Positions 1-9,586 of a stretch of 64,000 nucleotides of DNA are shown piece by piece. The stretch lies in assembly GCA_965223905.1 (NCBI GenBank), contig CBDCXV010000011.1, positions 864,001-928,000 of the forward strand. Direction: 5' to 3'. Each line of letters opens with the position of its first letter. Position 1 is the first letter of the stretch. The DNA is from Candidatus Latescibacterota bacterium. Its GTDB lineage: Bacteria > Latescibacterota > UBA2968 > UBA8231. Under the pieces are notes generated by a model that ran no database searches, was not told the origin of the DNA, and was given only the letters and a program-made list of their open reading frames with translations. The position numbers and the translations under genes were made by a program.

Positions 1-742
1 CAGCGAACATGCCCTCTTTGTGGATGGAGTGTGAGCCGAGAATGCGGTGATTCTCCCGCGCTTTCTCGATGAACTCGGCCGTGCCGCACAACAGAGAGCC
101 GTAGGGTGCTCCGATTCCCTTGTTGAGGCTCAGACTCAGCGCATCCACGGGAGCGGCCAGGTCGCGCAGAGAAACGCCGAGTGCTACGGCGGCGTTGAAG
201 AAACGAGCCCCGTCGACGAACACGGCAGCATCGTGGTCGTGAGCAACCTGCGAGACCCGGGTCATGTAGTCCAGGGACAGGGCCGTGCCGCCCGCCACAT
301 TGTGCGTGTTTTCGAGACAGACGACAGCCGTGCGGGGATGAAAGCCGTAGGCAGAATCGCCGAGAGCAACCTCAATGTCGTCGATGGTCATTTCCCCGAG
401 CTTGTTTCCGCGGATGAGCCTGGGAACCGCGGCGGCGAGGGCGGCGATATTGCGTTCTTCCACCCACCAGAGATGGCACCGTTCCTCCATGATGGCCACG
501 TCGCCCCGGCGGCAGTACCCCATCATGCCGAGCAGGTTGGACACGTTCGTCGTCGGGCACAGAAGGGCCGCCTGTTTTCCCGTCATCGCCGCACCCATCT
601 CCTGCAGCTGGTTCACATACGGGTCCTCTCCCCAGGCGGGCCAGCCGAATTCGGCGGCCCGCATCGCCTCCCACATCGCTTCGGTGGGCGGCAGCAGGAA
701 TTCACCCCGAGTGTCGATTTCCGGTTTTCTGCGATCTGTCAC
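1..742 (-). CDS. Low-specificity threonine aldolase (LtaE)-family PLP enzyme, divergent; runs off the window edge
   Basis: Not in the ORF track; translated by hand from GTG at 742 (AGGAGG RBS upstream): MTDRRKPEIDTRGEFLLPPTEAMWEAM...GEDPYVNQL...GKQAALL...CLENTHNVAGG...VDGARFFNAAVALG...LSLNKGIGAPYGS. These are LtaE-family motifs, including the PLP lysine. Confidence 0.85.
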   Translation of the reverse strand, partial: MTDRRKPEIDTRGEFLLPPTEAMWEAMRAAEFGWPAWGEDPYVNQLQEMGAAMTGKQAALLCPTTNVSNLLGMMGYCRRGDVAIMEERCHLWWVEERNIAALAAAVPRLIRGNKLGEMTIDDIEVALGDSAYGFHPRTAVVCLENTHNVAGGTALSLDYMTRVSQVAHDHDAAVFVDGARFFNAAVALGVSLRDLAAPVDALSLSLNKGIGAPYGSLLCGTAEFIEKARENHRILGSHSIHKEGMFA

Positions 743-1139
743 GTGTACCTCCTTCGCTGGCCTGCCCGGGGCCGAGCGCAAGACCGATGGCGAGAATGTG
801 CTATTGTCGGCCGGAACACAATCCAACAGCGGGCTGCAACGGCCTCATGGCGCGGTGGCAGGTCGCCCAGGTGAACTCCACATTGCGGCGTTCCTCTCAT
901 TGAGCCCTGTTTTCCTATCTTCACGGCTACTTCACTATGCTGCGGGAAACCCGGTCCGGGCATAGAATCAAACCCGGATACAGCAACAAAGTCCAACGGC
1001 GATGGGGAAACAGGACAGCGCTGTTCAGCAGACGTATGACCACATCGAGTCCGCCTCGCCCCTGCTCTCGGAGCCGGGATCGAAGGCGTCGATCTCTCGC
1101 AGCCTCTGGCCGATGGCGTTGCCACCGTGACCCTTGAGA

Positions 1140-1904
1140 ATGAGAAGCTTCATGACCCTGATCAGCACTGAAGATGTCGAGCAGTTTCGCGACCTGGGTT
1201 TTTTCGTCACCGGCGTCGTTTTCTCTCCCGAAGAGCTCGAGCCGATGGCCGCGGAAATGGACCGGGTGTACTCCGATCATGTACGCGAGGCGGAGGCCCT
1301 TGGGGATGCCCCGGCGGTGGAAAGCGCTCGCGGACGCCGCTCCTTCAGCCAGTTTCACATCTTGAGCCCTGTGGCCTTCCAGTTCCTCAAGAAGCCGATT
1401 TACCTGGAAGCCTGCCGCCGCCTCATAGGGGAGGATGCCGATCTCTACTACAACCAAGCGACGACAAAAATGCCCGAGGGTCGCGGCAAGGTTTTCGACT
1501 GGCACCAGGATTCAGGTTATACGCCGACGGAACCCCTGGAATACATCACCTGCTGGACGGCGATCTCCGATTCCGACCTGGAGAACGGCTGCATTTGGAT
1601 CATACCCGGATCCCACAAGCGCGGTGTTCTGGAGCACGTGCAGGAAGAGGAGGACGAGCAACGCTACGCAGGCAGAAACGCCCGGGTGGATGACGACGGG
1701 GCGATTCCCGTGGAGATGCGCGCCGGCCAGGTGGCGGTGTTCTCCTCGCTGCTGCTGCATCGCAGCGGGCCCAATACCTCCAGGGACCGGCCGCGGCGGG
1801 CTTACGTGCCCCAGTATCACGTGCCCGACCTGATCCTGGTGCGCACCGGCGAGCCCTGGGGGGATCGGCTGCCGGTGCTGCGGGGCGGCGAGGCGGTGCC
1901 GTAG
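1140..1904 (+). CDS. PhyH-family Fe(II)/2-oxoglutarate dioxygenase
   Basis: WHQD (HxD), ENGCIWIIPGSHK and LLHRSGPNTS...R motifs. Start uncertain (1134/1140/1152). Confidence 0.9.
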   Translation: MRSFMTLISTEDVEQFRDLGFFVTGVVFSPEELEPMAAEMDRVYSDHVREAEALGDAPAVESARGRRSFSQFHILSPVAFQFLKKPIYLEACRRLIGEDADLYYNQATTKMPEGRGKVFDWHQDSGYTPTEPLEYITCWTAISDSDLENGCIWIIPGSHKRGVLEHVQEEEDEQRYAGRNARVDDDGAIPVEMRAGQVAVFSSLLLHRSGPNTSRDRPRRAYVPQYHVPDLILVRTGEPWGDRLPVLRGGEAVP

Positions 1905-2263
1905 CGGGAGGTGGTTGGCGCCAAGGGCCTGGCTCTAACTGCTTGAAACCTGAACCCCGGCATGTGAAACCGGGGTTGAAATCCATGTGCCGGAGCCCCT
2001 GCTCCGTCTCCGGCGGAAAAACGTTGGTGCCCCAAGGAGCTCGGAACTGCCGACGGGCACCTGTCCCCCTTCCCCTCGGGGTTTTCGCCCACGCCCGGTT
2101 TCCTCAAGCCTCCCGCGAACCACCTCCTCCAACGGCGCCGGTGCCATGCCACCTCACCTTCGAATGGCCCCAAGCCGTGTGACCAAAAGGCGGCCTTCCC
2201 GCGGGTCGATGGAGCCGAACCGGCAACCATCTTCACCATGGATCAGTTTGGAAAAAACCACGT

Positions 2264-4702
2264 ATGAGTGGGAATAGAGCAAGGATCCCAGTCTCCAGAC
2301 TCTGTCTGGTAGTATGCCTCGTACTGGGCTGCGCCCTGCGCTTTGCAGGGTTGACCCGGGGGGACAGCTCCTTCGTCCTGCCCGGACCTGACCAGTCGGC
2401 CGAGGGGATGGCGTTCTACCATTTCCATCCCGACGAAACCACTTTGGTCGGGGCTGCCCTGGGTCCCATCGACCCGTTCGCCCCAGAGCTGACCAGCTAC
2501 GGCACGCTTCCTGTCTACCTCTTGCGAGGCGTCCTCGAGCTGAACCGGATCGTCCTGGGCCGCGACTTCAAAACCCAGGAATCCCCGGAGGACGTCCGCT
2601 ATGTCTATCTCACCGCTCGCATCCTGGCGGTTCTGGTCTCCTGTCTGACGCTTTACCTGGTATGGCTGGCAGGTCTCCGCTGGTTCGGCGAGCTGACCGG
2701 GCTGCTAGGTGTCTTCATCGTTGCCGTAGCCCCGCTGGCGATCCAGCTCGCCCATTTCTATACCGTCGACGGGCTGTTCGCTCTGCTGGTCCTTGGGGCG
2801 GTTCACGCCCTTTTGAATGCACTCGAACAGGATGACAGGCGGTGGTTCATATGGGCCGGTGTGCTGATAGGACTCAGTGGCACTGTACGCATGATCGGCT
2901 TGACGGTGGGGCTCGCGCTGCTGGCCGGCCACTTCATTCGCCAACGGCAACTCAAGGCGGCCCTGTCTCCCCAGGTCTGGCTGGCAGGCCTCGCCGCGGG
3001 GCTGTCACTGCTCGCGCTCCAGCCGTTTCTCGTTACGGATTGGGAGCTGATTTTCCGGGAACGATCGGTATTCGACCTGGGCGGCGCCGTGGAAGTTGCC
3101 CAAGGGAAACGCCTCATGGGCTGGAGCCTGGTAGATGTCCACACCGTCCCGTACCTGCATCACTGGACCCACCTGTTGCCCTTGGGAGTGGGTTGGCCCC
3201 TTACCATCCTCTTCGTTCTCGGGATTTTCCTGGGCCTTTGGAAAAGAAACCGAAACAATGGACTGATCCTTCTTTGGGCGGGGATCTACTTCATCCTGAT
3301 CGGCGGATTGCATACAAAACCGATACGATATCTTCTGCCCCTGCTCCCCTTCCTCGCCCTGTTGGCAGCCGATTCCTGCGTCTGGATCATCCGCTCTACC
3401 CGCTTCACCCTGGTGCGCAAGCTCGCCGTCGGCATCTGCGCCGCGGTGTTCCTGTACAGCGCGCTGTACGGCGTCGCCTTTGCCAGCCTCTACACCCGGG
3501 AGGACAGCCGCATCCAGACTGCCCGCTGGATAGACGACAATGTCCCGGCCAACAGCAGTATCGGAGTCGAACGGGGCGCCTTCTCCATGCGGGGCATGAT
3601 CGATCCCGCAAAATTCCACATCGGTGCTTTCCAAACCTTGATGCTCTTCGAATTCCGCGGATTCGCGACCTGCAAAGGAGAGCTCTATTGGCTGAAGAGG
3701 CAGTTGGACGCTCTGGACTATATCGTCATTACCGACGTCAACCGCTACCAGCATTTCACCGCCGTCCCGGAGCTGATTCCGGGCGGGGCAGCATTTTACC
3801 AGGCGCTTGTGGAGGGCGATCTGGGGTTCGACCTGGTCCGCCGTTTCAAACATTACCCCTCCATCGGCGGCCTGGAATTCCGGGACGATGGAAGCGAACC
3901 GTCGTTCACCGGCTTCGACCACCCGGCTGTCATGGTCTTCAGAAAGGATGAAACAGTGTGGCAAGCAGCCTGGACGCATTTTCAGGAGCGGATGCCGACA
4001 AGCCCGAATTGTGCCGATCCTTTTCTGGAAACCGCGGCTTCTGCCCTTCGGGAAGGGGACCTCAACGCAAGCCTGCAGGCGATCTCAGAAGCGAAAAGGC
4101 AGTTGCCCCAGTCGAAGGTTGCCCATCTCGTCGAAGCAGAGGTTCTCAGGCGGATGGGGCAGTCAGACAAGGAGGCCACTGAACGGTACCAAACCGGGAC
4201 CGTGGATCGCTTCCGGTATCTTAATTTCTGGGCTAGTGGAATGAGTCTGGTCGAACTTGGCTTGCCCGGCTTGTCCTTTTCCGTACTCGAGGAAGGGGCT
4301 CGCAAAGCCTCTCAATCCACCAGCGATACATCCTGGTTGGCGAACCAATATTCAATTCTATCCCTGAATCTATACGACCGCGGAGCAAAGGTAACCGCCA
4401 CCGAACTTCTGTTGTTGTCAACCCGGATTCATCCACTTCCCAAGGCGTACAATTTCCTGTCACTTATCGCACTTCGCGAGAACAGCCAGGGGAAAGCTGC
4501 AGAGTTTCTCGAGCAGTCCTTGCAGTTGGACGACAAACAAGCGCGCGTGCACGGGGGTTTAGGGCAGATCTTGGCCCCCATCCCGAATCGTCGGGACAAG
4601 GCGTTGTTCCACCTCCAAAGAGCCATCGAGCTAGACCCCGGGCTGGAACCGGAACTGGCACAGTGGATCGAGGCATTGGAGGCAGGAAACACGGATTTGT
4701 AA
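2264..4702 (+). CDS. GT-C fold (ArnT/PMT-like) membrane glycosyltransferase with C-terminal TPRs
   Basis: FHPDE after the first TM helix, many hydrophobic segments, AHFYTVD, RYLLPLLP, C-terminal TPR-like helices (KALFHLQRAIELDP). Confidence 0.8.
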   Translation: MSGNRARIPVSRLCLVVCLVLGCALRFAGLTRGDSSFVLPGPDQSAEGMAFYHFHPDETTLVGAALGPIDPFAPELTSYGTLPVYLLRGVLELNRIVLGRDFKTQESPEDVRYVYLTARILAVLVSCLTLYLVWLAGLRWFGELTGLLGVFIVAVAPLAIQLAHFYTVDGLFALLVLGAVHALLNALEQDDRRWFIWAGVLIGLSGTVRMIGLTVGLALLAGHFIRQRQLKAALSPQVWLAGLAAGLSLLALQPFLVTDWELIFRERSVFDLGGAVEVAQGKRLMGWSLVDVHTVPYLHHWTHLLPLGVGWPLTILFVLGIFLGLWKRNRNNGLILLWAGIYFILIGGLHTKPIRYLLPLLPFLALLAADSCVWIIRSTRFTLVRKLAVGICAAVFLYSALYGVAFASLYTREDSRIQTARWIDDNVPANSSIGVERGAFSMRGMIDPAKFHIGAFQTLMLFEFRGFATCKGELYWLKRQLDALDYIVITDVNRYQHFTAVPELIPGGAAFYQALVEGDLGFDLVRRFKHYPSIGGLEFRDDGSEPSFTGFDHPAVMVFRKDETVWQAAWTHFQERMPTSPNCADPFLETAASALREGDLNASLQAISEAKRQLPQSKVAHLVEAEVLRRMGQSDKEATERYQTGTVDRFRYLNFWASGMSLVELGLPGLSFSVLEEGARKASQSTSDTSWLANQYSILSLNLYDRGAKVTATELLLLSTRIHPLPKAYNFLSLIALRENSQGKAAEFLEQSLQLDDKQARVHGGLGQILAPIPNRRDKALFHLQRAIELDPGLEPELAQWIEALEAGNTDL

Positions 4703-4971
4703 AGTCGTTCCCTCAGCCCTTCGCGGAACCTAAATCAGGACCCCCACTTGCAGTGCCCAGGACCTGAAAGGCCCTGGCTGAAATCGTCCGTTGTCGTCCT
4801 CCCGGGAGAGATGGTTGAGGTTGCAGGTCATCACCTCGACGTCTGCCGGACCGCACCTTCCCAGGGGATCGAGGACTCCGCTCGAAACTGCCGCCTGGAG
4901 GGATTGCACCCGTTCCGAAAGTCCGAGGCGCCCAGTGACCCGGCGCCGACAGGGCGAGCAGCGCAACACCC

Positions 4972-6153
4972 TCACGGCCTGCCGTCCTCCCGCTGGCCCG
5001 CAACCTTCAGGGAAGGGGCCGCTGTCTCGCCGCTCGGGGGCGGAAGGCAGGCGACCCGGTGGTACTCCTCGATCAGGCCGTCCAGAACCGCTTCCCAGCT
5101 TCGCCCCTCCGCCAGCGAGCGCGCCTTCGCCGACATCTCCCGGCGCCTCCCGAGGTCGTGGACCAGGCTGCGGACGCTGTCGCAGAATGCCTGCCGGCTG
5201 TGTGCTTCGAACAGGAAACCGGTTTCCCCGTTGCGGACGATGTCGACGACTCCTCCCGCTCTCGGGGCCACGACCGGAAGCCCGGAGGCCGCGGCTTCGA
5301 GTACGACGTTGCCGAAGGTCTCGCTGTCCGAAGGAAAGGCGAAGATGTCGGCGCTGGCGTAGGCGCTGGCTAGCTCCTCCCCCTGCAGGTATCCGGCGAA
5401 TACCGTCGGCGTTCCCGCGAAGGACCGCTCGAGCTCCTCCCGCGACGGGCCTCCGCCGACGATCGCCAGGCGCGCGCCGGGAAGCCCGGCGAGCAACGGG
5501 CGCAGCCAGTCGACGCGTTTCTCCGGGGCCAGTCTGCCGACGTAGAGGAGCAGAGGCGCCTGGGGATTGCCGCCCGTAAGACGATGGCGCCACTCCTGCG
5601 AGGCCTTGTCCGGGGAGAAGCGGTCCGCGTCGACGCCCCGCGTCCAGAGCTTGAGATGGGAGAATCCCCGCGCCTCGAGATCGGCAAGCGTCGCCGTGGA
5701 CGGACACAGGTTGAGCGCCGCCTTGTCGTGAACCCATCGCAGGTATCGCCACAGCGGCAGGGCCAGGGCGGGGAATCCGTAGGTGCGCGCGTACCCCGGC
5801 ACGTCGGTGTGATACGAGGCGACGACTGGAAAGCCCGACCTCTCCGCCCACCTGGTTCCGGCTACGCCGAGCAAGACCGGGTTGGCCACGTGTACGAGAT
5901 CGGGTCTGAAATCGAGCAGGGATGCACCGACGTCGGTGAAGGGGGAGACCACCCGCAGCTCTGGGTACATCGGCAGCCCGACTCCCCGGTGGTAGATCAC
6001 CCTGGCGGAAGCGAAGGTTTCCGGGCCCTTTCCCGGGGCGATGACGACCGCCTGATGCCCGCGTCTTTCCAGGTGCCGCAGGAGCTGGCAGAGGGTATTG
6101 ACCACCCCGTCGATCTTCGGCAGGAAGGTCTCCGTGAACAGCGCGATCTTCAT
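4972..6153 (-). CDS. GT4 glycosyltransferase (MgtA/SqdX/Agt-like)
   Basis: MKIALFTETFLPKIDGV start, VGRLAPEK, and the FAFPSDSETFGNVVLEAAASGLPVV signature. Confidence 0.9.
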   Translation of the reverse strand: MKIALFTETFLPKIDGVVNTLCQLLRHLERRGHQAVVIAPGKGPETFASARVIYHRGVGLPMYPELRVVSPFTDVGASLLDFRPDLVHVANPVLLGVAGTRWAERSGFPVVASYHTDVPGYARTYGFPALALPLWRYLRWVHDKAALNLCPSTATLADLEARGFSHLKLWTRGVDADRFSPDKASQEWRHRLTGGNPQAPLLLYVGRLAPEKRVDWLRPLLAGLPGARLAIVGGGPSREELERSFAGTPTVFAGYLQGEELASAYASADIFAFPSDSETFGNVVLEAAASGLPVVAPRAGGVVDIVRNGETGFLFEAHSRQAFCDSVRSLVHDLGRRREMSAKARSLAEGRSWEAVLDGLIEEYHRVACLPPPSGETAAPSLKVAGQREDGRP

Positions 6154-6165
6154 ATCCGGTTTCCG

Positions 6166-6615
6166 CTACCCCGCGGCGTCAAGATGATGAAAGGAGGGGG
6201 CAACCGCCGGCAGGTTCCCTCTCCTCTTCTTTTCAAGCGGATCAGGCCGACCCCGGAACCGGCTCGATCTCCGGCATCGGCAGGCGCGCGCCGGACCCCT
6301 GCGCCGGCGGGACCACCTGACCCAGTCCACGAGCTCGAGATTGCCCTCGAAATCCTCCAGGATCGCCGTGCAGCTTTCGACCCAGTCCCCGGTGTTGCAG
6401 TAGAGCACGTCGCCGCGGTTTTCCAGCGCAGCCATGGGGACGTGCCCGGCGAGGATGGCGTCGCATCTCCGGGCGGGGCCAGGCGGCACAGCTCCGCCAT
6501 GAAGCGTTCGACCGCTGCTCGGTTTCAACCTGTCCAGGAAGTCGTGAAGGAATTCCGTCTTGCAGTCCCTGGTTCCCAGGTGAAGGTCGGACAGAAACAG
6601 CGACCGGTAGGCCAT
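6166..6615 (-). pseudogene. Internally deleted LpxH2/PlcP-like metallophosphoesterase
   Basis: N-terminal YRSLFLSDLHLGTRDCK is joined almost directly to C-terminal DAILAGHV...LYCNTGDWVESCTAILED. The central GD and GNHD metal-binding motifs are absent. Confidence 0.8.
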
Positions 6616-6846
6616 TGCATTCTTCCTGGTTGCGGTGGCTGGCCGCGGTGGAGGATCGCCTGCCGCTGGGCGGGGGAAGCCTTGGGCTGGGGAGATGGCC
6701 TGGCGACCGCGCGTATCGCTCAAGTGGTATTGTCAAGATACCGGCCCATTCACACGAACGTGTTCTCGTACGGCTTCGAACTCGTCAACGTTATGTGACA
6801 GCCGGGCGCCGCCGGGGTTTCCGGGATTTTCGAACCGGTCGATGAG

Positions 6847-8001
6847 TCATTGCGGTTGCGATTCGGTCACCGCCACCAGTATCCGGCGCACCCGTTCGCA
6901 GACCAGGTCCCAGGTGAACCTCTCCTCCACCCTCGACCTGCCCTGCCGGCCGAGCCGGTCCGCGTAGTCGCGATCGTTCAGCAGCTTCCGCACCGCCGCG
7001 GCTGCCTGGTCGGCGTTTCCGGGTTCGACGAGGAGACCGGTGCGGCCGTGCTCGACAGCGTCCGGGATTCCCCCCGAGCGGGTGCCGAGCACCGGCCTGC
7101 CGCAGGCCGAGGCGTCGAGAAAGGCGATACCCAGGCCTTCGACGTCCGCCCCGTCCCTCCTCGACAGCATCGCGAACAGGTCGCAGGCCCTGTAGTAGTC
7201 CGCCACCTCCTTCTCGTCGACCTTGCCGAGGAAGCGAATGCGCTCCCCCACTCCCAGTTCCCCCGCCAGCCTTGCGAGACGCTCCCGGTCCGGCCCGGTT
7301 CCCCCCACCAGACAGAGGAGGCCCTGCATATCCCCGAGCCTGGCCACGGCGCGGATAACGGTGTCGATTCCCTTGTGGGGAGTCAGCCGGCAGAGAGTGA
7401 AGAGGAGGTGCCTGCCCTGAAGATCCAGGCGCCGTCGGGCAGCGGCCCGGTCACCTGGACGATAGCGGTCGGGATCGGTGCCGCAGCCGACCACGGCGAT
7501 GCGATCGGCCGCCACTCCGTCGTCTGCGAGCAACCTCGCGGTGAACCTGCTGTTGGCACAGAGGCGGTCGCTGTTCCTCAGGGTCCATCGGCGCAGCAGT
7601 CCGTAGACCCTCCTGGCGACCTTGCCCGGGACCGGTTCGTGGAGGAGCTCCCTTCCGTGCGCCATGACCACGATCCGCCGGGGACCGCCGCAGAGCGCCC
7701 GGATCAACAGCGAAGGGACCGCAACCTGCCACTGCATGTGAACGGCTACGTCGGCGCGCCGGAAGAGGGCGTACCGGATCAGCGCCGGCAGAACGGCGAC
7801 TGCCAGCCACTCGGGGGGGCAGCGGACTCTCGTCGTCGGTACGCCGCTGCTGCTGTCGAAGACGCGGTCGCCGGGATGCGCCGGGGCCAGCACCCTCAGG
7901 CCGGAACACCGGCTCCTCAGCCTGCCGGCCAGCTCGCGGGAAAAGGTCTGAATCCCGCCGACTGCCGGGGGGTAGTCCTGGGTTAACAGCAGTGCTCGCA
8001 C
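6847..8001 (-). CDS. GT4 glycosyltransferase (PimB-like)
   Basis: LLTQDYPPAVGGIQTF, RLTPHKGID, DVEGLGIAFLDASACGRPV. Confidence 0.9.
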   Translation of the reverse strand: MRALLLTQDYPPAVGGIQTFSRELAGRLRSRCSGLRVLAPAHPGDRVFDSSSGVPTTRVRCPPEWLAVAVLPALIRYALFRRADVAVHMQWQVAVPSLLIRALCGGPRRIVVMAHGRELLHEPVPGKVARRVYGLLRRWTLRNSDRLCANSRFTARLLADDGVAADRIAVVGCGTDPDRYRPGDRAAARRRLDLQGRHLLFTLCRLTPHKGIDTVIRAVARLGDMQGLLCLVGGTGPDRERLARLAGELGVGERIRFLGKVDEKEVADYYRACDLFAMLSRRDGADVEGLGIAFLDASACGRPVLGTRSGGIPDAVEHGRTGLLVEPGNADQAAAAVRKLLNDRDYADRLGRQGRSRVEERFTWDLVCERVRRILVAVTESQPQ

Positions 8002-8010
8002 GGTGTCCGA

Positions 8011-8904
8011 CTAGGCTGCGGCCGGCGGCGGAGTTTTACGGCCGTCGAACGCGGTGGACGCCACCCGTTCGAGCAGCGCCGGCACCGGAGTCCAGAGCAG
8101 CAGCAGGATGCAGACGAAGGCGTCGAAGCGGATGTTCATCGCCGCGGTGACCCCGAGGTGCATGGCGACGAGGGCGGGGATGACGGCCACCCGGGCGCGG
8201 GGCAGCCAGAGCAGCGGTCCGCTCAGCTCGGCGAGCAGCCCGAACGCCAGGATGGCTGTTCCGGCCAGGGTGTGCGAGTCGGCCAGTTGCTGCAGCAGGT
8301 TGGGGGCGAAGGCGCCGTTCGTCGACAGCAGATCGACTCCCCTTTCGGCGATCCACATGCGCAGGTGGACGCCGTCGGCCCACCCCGGACCGGAGGCGAC
8401 CAGCTTGCAGACCGCCGCGGAGCCGTACCCCAGGCCGATGAAGAACCAGAGCAGGCCGATGCCGGCCCGTCGCTGCAGGCGCTCCTCGCGGAAGAGCAGC
8501 GCCCCGGCACCGAGGCAGACCAGGCTCATGCCGGTCAGGTTCGATCCGTGCGAGATCTCCCCCAGGCAGTAGCGCGAGGCGTACTGCAGGTGCAGCAGCA
8601 GGGCGCAGGGCAGGTAGGCCGCCTTGTGGACGGCGAAGGCGACGGCACACAGGGAGGTGATCGCCGCGGCGTTCCACAGCGACAGTCCGTTCTCCGACAT
8701 GAAGGAGAGGTCGGCGTGCTGGGCGATCCCGAGCGGAAGAACCGCCGCTTCGATCCGCGGTATGTAGAGGCCCCAGCTCCACGCGAACCAGCATGCCCAA
8801 CCGGCGACAGCGAGCTCGAGAAGCCGGAAGCGGAACCTTTCTCCTGCTGTTTCGTCTGTATGGAAATCGAAAATGCCGGGTTTCCACCATTCACCTGTTA
8901 GCAT
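8011..8904 (-). CDS. HTTM-like polytopic membrane protein
   Basis: Hydrophobic; GEISH, YGSAAVCKL...WADG and HLGVTAAMNIRF resemble HTTM motifs. Confidence 0.6.
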   Translation of the reverse strand: MLTGEWWKPGIFDFHTDETAGERFRFRLLELAVAGWACWFAWSWGLYIPRIEAAVLPLGIAQHADLSFMSENGLSLWNAAAITSLCAVAFAVHKAAYLPCALLLHLQYASRYCLGEISHGSNLTGMSLVCLGAGALLFREERLQRRAGIGLLWFFIGLGYGSAAVCKLVASGPGWADGVHLRMWIAERGVDLLSTNGAFAPNLLQQLADSHTLAGTAILAFGLLAELSGPLLWLPRARVAVIPALVAMHLGVTAAMNIRFDAFVCILLLLWTPVPALLERVASTAFDGRKTPPPAAA

Positions 8905-9394
8905 CGTATCCGCCTCCCAATGCCGGATTCAGACGCGCCCCGTCCGCAGTGAGACAGAGGATGGGGGTCGCCGAGACCCGTGGATGTCTTCCGGCGATGC
9001 CGCCGTCCACCCGGTACAGGATCAGGTCGCGTCCCCCGAGGTCTACCGCCGCGAACATCGACGCCAGTCCCTCGACGCTGGCCTGGTTCCACCGCGCCGT
9101 CTTGGCCGTGTAGTTGGCGAGGTCGTTCTGGAATACGCCGATGTCGCGCAGCGCCACCTGCCGTCCCGGCAGGGCGCTTATCTCCCTGGCTGCCCACAGG
9201 GAGTCGGGAACCTGCTCCACCTCCCGTACGAGCGCCCGCGTCCATGGGTGCCCCGCCCTCGAGAACATCGGGTAGATGCTGAACGGCCAGAACTCTCCGG
9301 CGTGGGCCGCACAGGTCAGGACATAGAGACCCAGCAGAAACAGCAGGGCGCAACGGGCCCTCCTCGGGACGTGTAACGAAATCGCCATTGTCAT
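8891..9394 (-). CDS. Membrane-anchored protein with an EFWPFSIYPMFS motif (probable HTTM partner)
   Basis: 3' part of track ORF 8891..10510. ATG at 9394 with AGGGAG upstream; N-terminal hydrophobic helix; stop overlaps the start of the HTTM-like gene. Confidence 0.65.
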   Translation of the reverse strand: MTMAISLHVPRRARCALLFLLGLYVLTCAAHAGEFWPFSIYPMFSRAGHPWTRALVREVEQVPDSLWAAREISALPGRQVALRDIGVFQNDLANYTAKTARWNQASVEGLASMFAAVDLGGRDLILYRVDGGIAGRHPRVSATPILCLTADGARLNPALGGGYDANR

Positions 9395-9586
9395 CTCCCT
9401 GTCACGCCTCGTTAACGCCGTGTCGATACATACGGTTCCGGGGAGATTCCCCGGTTTCTCCTGACCGAGCGGGCTGAGGCAATCGCGGTTTCCAGGCTCA
9501 TCACCCCGGGACGCAGCTTCATCGATTCCTTCTGCCGCGGTCTGCGGCCTTTTTTCACACCGCTGAACATCCTCCTCACCCTGTCG

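Noticed and set aside
47-874. 275-aa plus-strand ORF
   Set aside because: Antisense shadow of the aldolase gene, which has clear motifs and an RBS.
4703-4971. Possible gene fragment or junction downstream of the GT4
   Set aside because: No recognisable motif or start codon; cannot be supported.
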